Under the pieces are notes generated by a model. The model had not been told where the DNA came from. It saw nothing but the letters and a program-made list of their open reading frames with translations, and searched no databases. This document shows, in pieces, positions 62,833-64,000 of a DNA stretch of 64,000 nucleotides. Origin of the DNA: an uncultured Gemmatimonadales bacterium (GTDB lineage: Bacteria; Gemmatimonadota; Gemmatimonadetes; Gemmatimonadales; GWC2-71-9); the NCBI GenBank assembly GCA_963821525.1, contig CAWGED010000005.1:288001-352000 (forward strand), in the 5' to 3' direction. Each line of letters opens with the position of its first letter. Within the stretch, counting starts at the first letter, position 1. Position numbers and translations under genes: made by a program.

Positions 62833-64000
62833 ATGCAGTCCCGGGATAACTCGACTTCCGAGGCTCGGGCCGCCGGCTCGGGGGCGAAGCCTCGCGCCAG
62901 CGAACTTCTCGCCGAAGCCCAGGCCCACGAGAGATCGGGCCGGATCAGCGAAGCACTCGACGCGTACCATGTTGCCATCGCCTCCGCCGAGCGCTCGGCG
63001 GAGAATGCTGTGCTCGCGGAAGCGCTCCGTCGCCTGAGCATAGTCCACCATCACCAGAACGATGGCGATCGGGCCCGCGCGCTGTGCCAGCGGAGCTATG
63101 AAACGGCGCTCGCGATGGGGGAGTCGGGGCTGGCAGCTGAGGCATTGAACACTCTCGGTGGGTATGAGATCGAGCACGGCGCGATGCGGAGCGCCGCGGA
63201 GTACTTCGAGCGCGCGCTCACGCTCGGAGGGGCCGATCCCCGCCTGCGCTGCCGGATCGAACAGAACCTCGGCATCCTCGCCACCATTCGCGGCGACCAC
63301 GCGGCGGCACTGCGGCACTACGGAGCTTCACTCGAGGCTTCGCAGGCCATGGGCGACGACAAGGGCTGCGCTATCGCCTATCACAATCTTGGAATGATCA
63401 GCGCGGATCGTAAGCAGTGGGCCGACGCGGAGCGCTTTTACGAGCAGAGCCGCACGCTGGCTGAGCGGATCGGCGATGTGCACCTGCAGGGTCTGTGTCT
63501 CCTGAACCATTCGGAAGTCCACATTGCCCGTCAGGCCTACGAACTGGCCCGGCGCGACGCGGAGGCTGCATTGGCCATCTTCGACCGGCTCGGCTCCCGA
63601 CTGGACAAGTCCGATGCGTACCGAGTCATCGGGATGGTCTATCGGGACACGGGACGCATGCAGTTGGCGGAATCCCGGCTGCGGAGCGCGATTGATCTCG
63701 CCGTGAGCACCGGTTCGATCCTGAGCGAGGCCGAGGCCTCGCGCGAGCTGGCCTGGCTCTATCAGGCTCAGGGGCGAAATCAGGATGCACTCGGGCTGCT
63801 CAACGCATCCTATCGCCTGTTCCGCCGGCTCGACGCCGCGCTGGACCTGGTGGACGTCCAGGCCAAGGTCGAAGAGCTCGAGGGAACCTTCCTCGCGGTG
63901 GTGCAGGACTGGGGTCAGTCGATCGAATCGGCGGACAGCTACACCTTCGGCCACTGCGGCCGGGTCGCGGAGTATGCGGAGGCAGTGGGCCGTGCGCTCG
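62833..64000 (+). CDS. TPR-repeat + HD-GYP domain protein, 3'-truncated by window edge (absent from ORF track)
   Basis: Hand translation open to the window end: TPRs (AEALNTLG, IEQNLGIL, AIAYHNLGM, AYRVIGM), then SIESADSYTFGHCGRVAEYA, typical of the HD-GYP N-terminus; no signal peptide. Confidence 0.85.
   Translation, partial: MQSRDNSTSEARAAGSGAKPRASELLAEAQAHERSGRISEALDAYHVAIASAERSAENAVLAEALRRLSIVHHHQNDGDRARALCQRSYETALAMGESGLAAEALNTLGGYEIEHGAMRSAAEYFERALTLGGADPRLRCRIEQNLGILATIRGDHAAALRHYGASLEASQAMGDDKGCAIAYHNLGMISADRKQWADAERFYEQSRTLAERIGDVHLQGLCLLNHSEVHIARQAYELARRDAEAALAIFDRLGSRLDKSDAYRVIGMVYRDTGRMQLAESRLRSAIDLAVSTGSILSEAEASRELAWLYQAQGRNQDALGLLNASYRLFRRLDAALDLVDVQAKVEELEGTFLAVVQDWGQSIESADSYTFGHCGRVAEYAEAVGRAL

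Overview
High-GC (roughly two-thirds G+C by eye), gene-dense core chromosome segment. It probably comes from a Gemmatimonadota bacterium, inferred from the style of the Ser/Thr kinase-TPR, TolB-amidohydrolase and TPR-HD-GYP genes. Many single-base frameshifts in housekeeping genes point to a long-read assembly with indel errors. Contents in order: a peptidase/peptide-uptake region (M28, gluzincin, amidohydrolase, M55, M23, Opp/Dpp ABC); csaA/ridA/csrA; gcvH-gcvP-lipoate ligase; coaE, tdk, HU; a degenerate DEAD-box/DbpA protein; an aminotransferase; a MarR-Rieske/FAD oxidoreductase operon; sbcD-sbcC-GNAT; a PTPS-folE-SDR pterin operon; tldD-pmbA; V4R, ligA, GAF; thymidine phosphorylase; a REC-HD-GYP regulator; recF-dciA-gyrB; and at the right end a small protein / ZU5-like lipoprotein / TPR-HD-GYP operon. 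I saw no rRNA, tRNA, CRISPR array, transposase or prophage. Most interesting observations: (1) a sigma54-type operon whose ZU5-like lipoprotein ends in an autoproteolysis-type motif (HF|SRYAVAW-stop), directly coupled to a cytoplasmic TPR-HD-GYP protein, a candidate self-cleaving peptide-signal/c-di-GMP system; (2) a three-gene candidate tetrahydrobiopterin pathway (PTPS-II with CX5HGH, FolE, sepiapterin-reductase-like SDR); (3) many intergenic 7-8 nt tandem repeats with different units, often in inverted pairs; (4) repeated leaderless TAnnnT-N6-8-start architectures.
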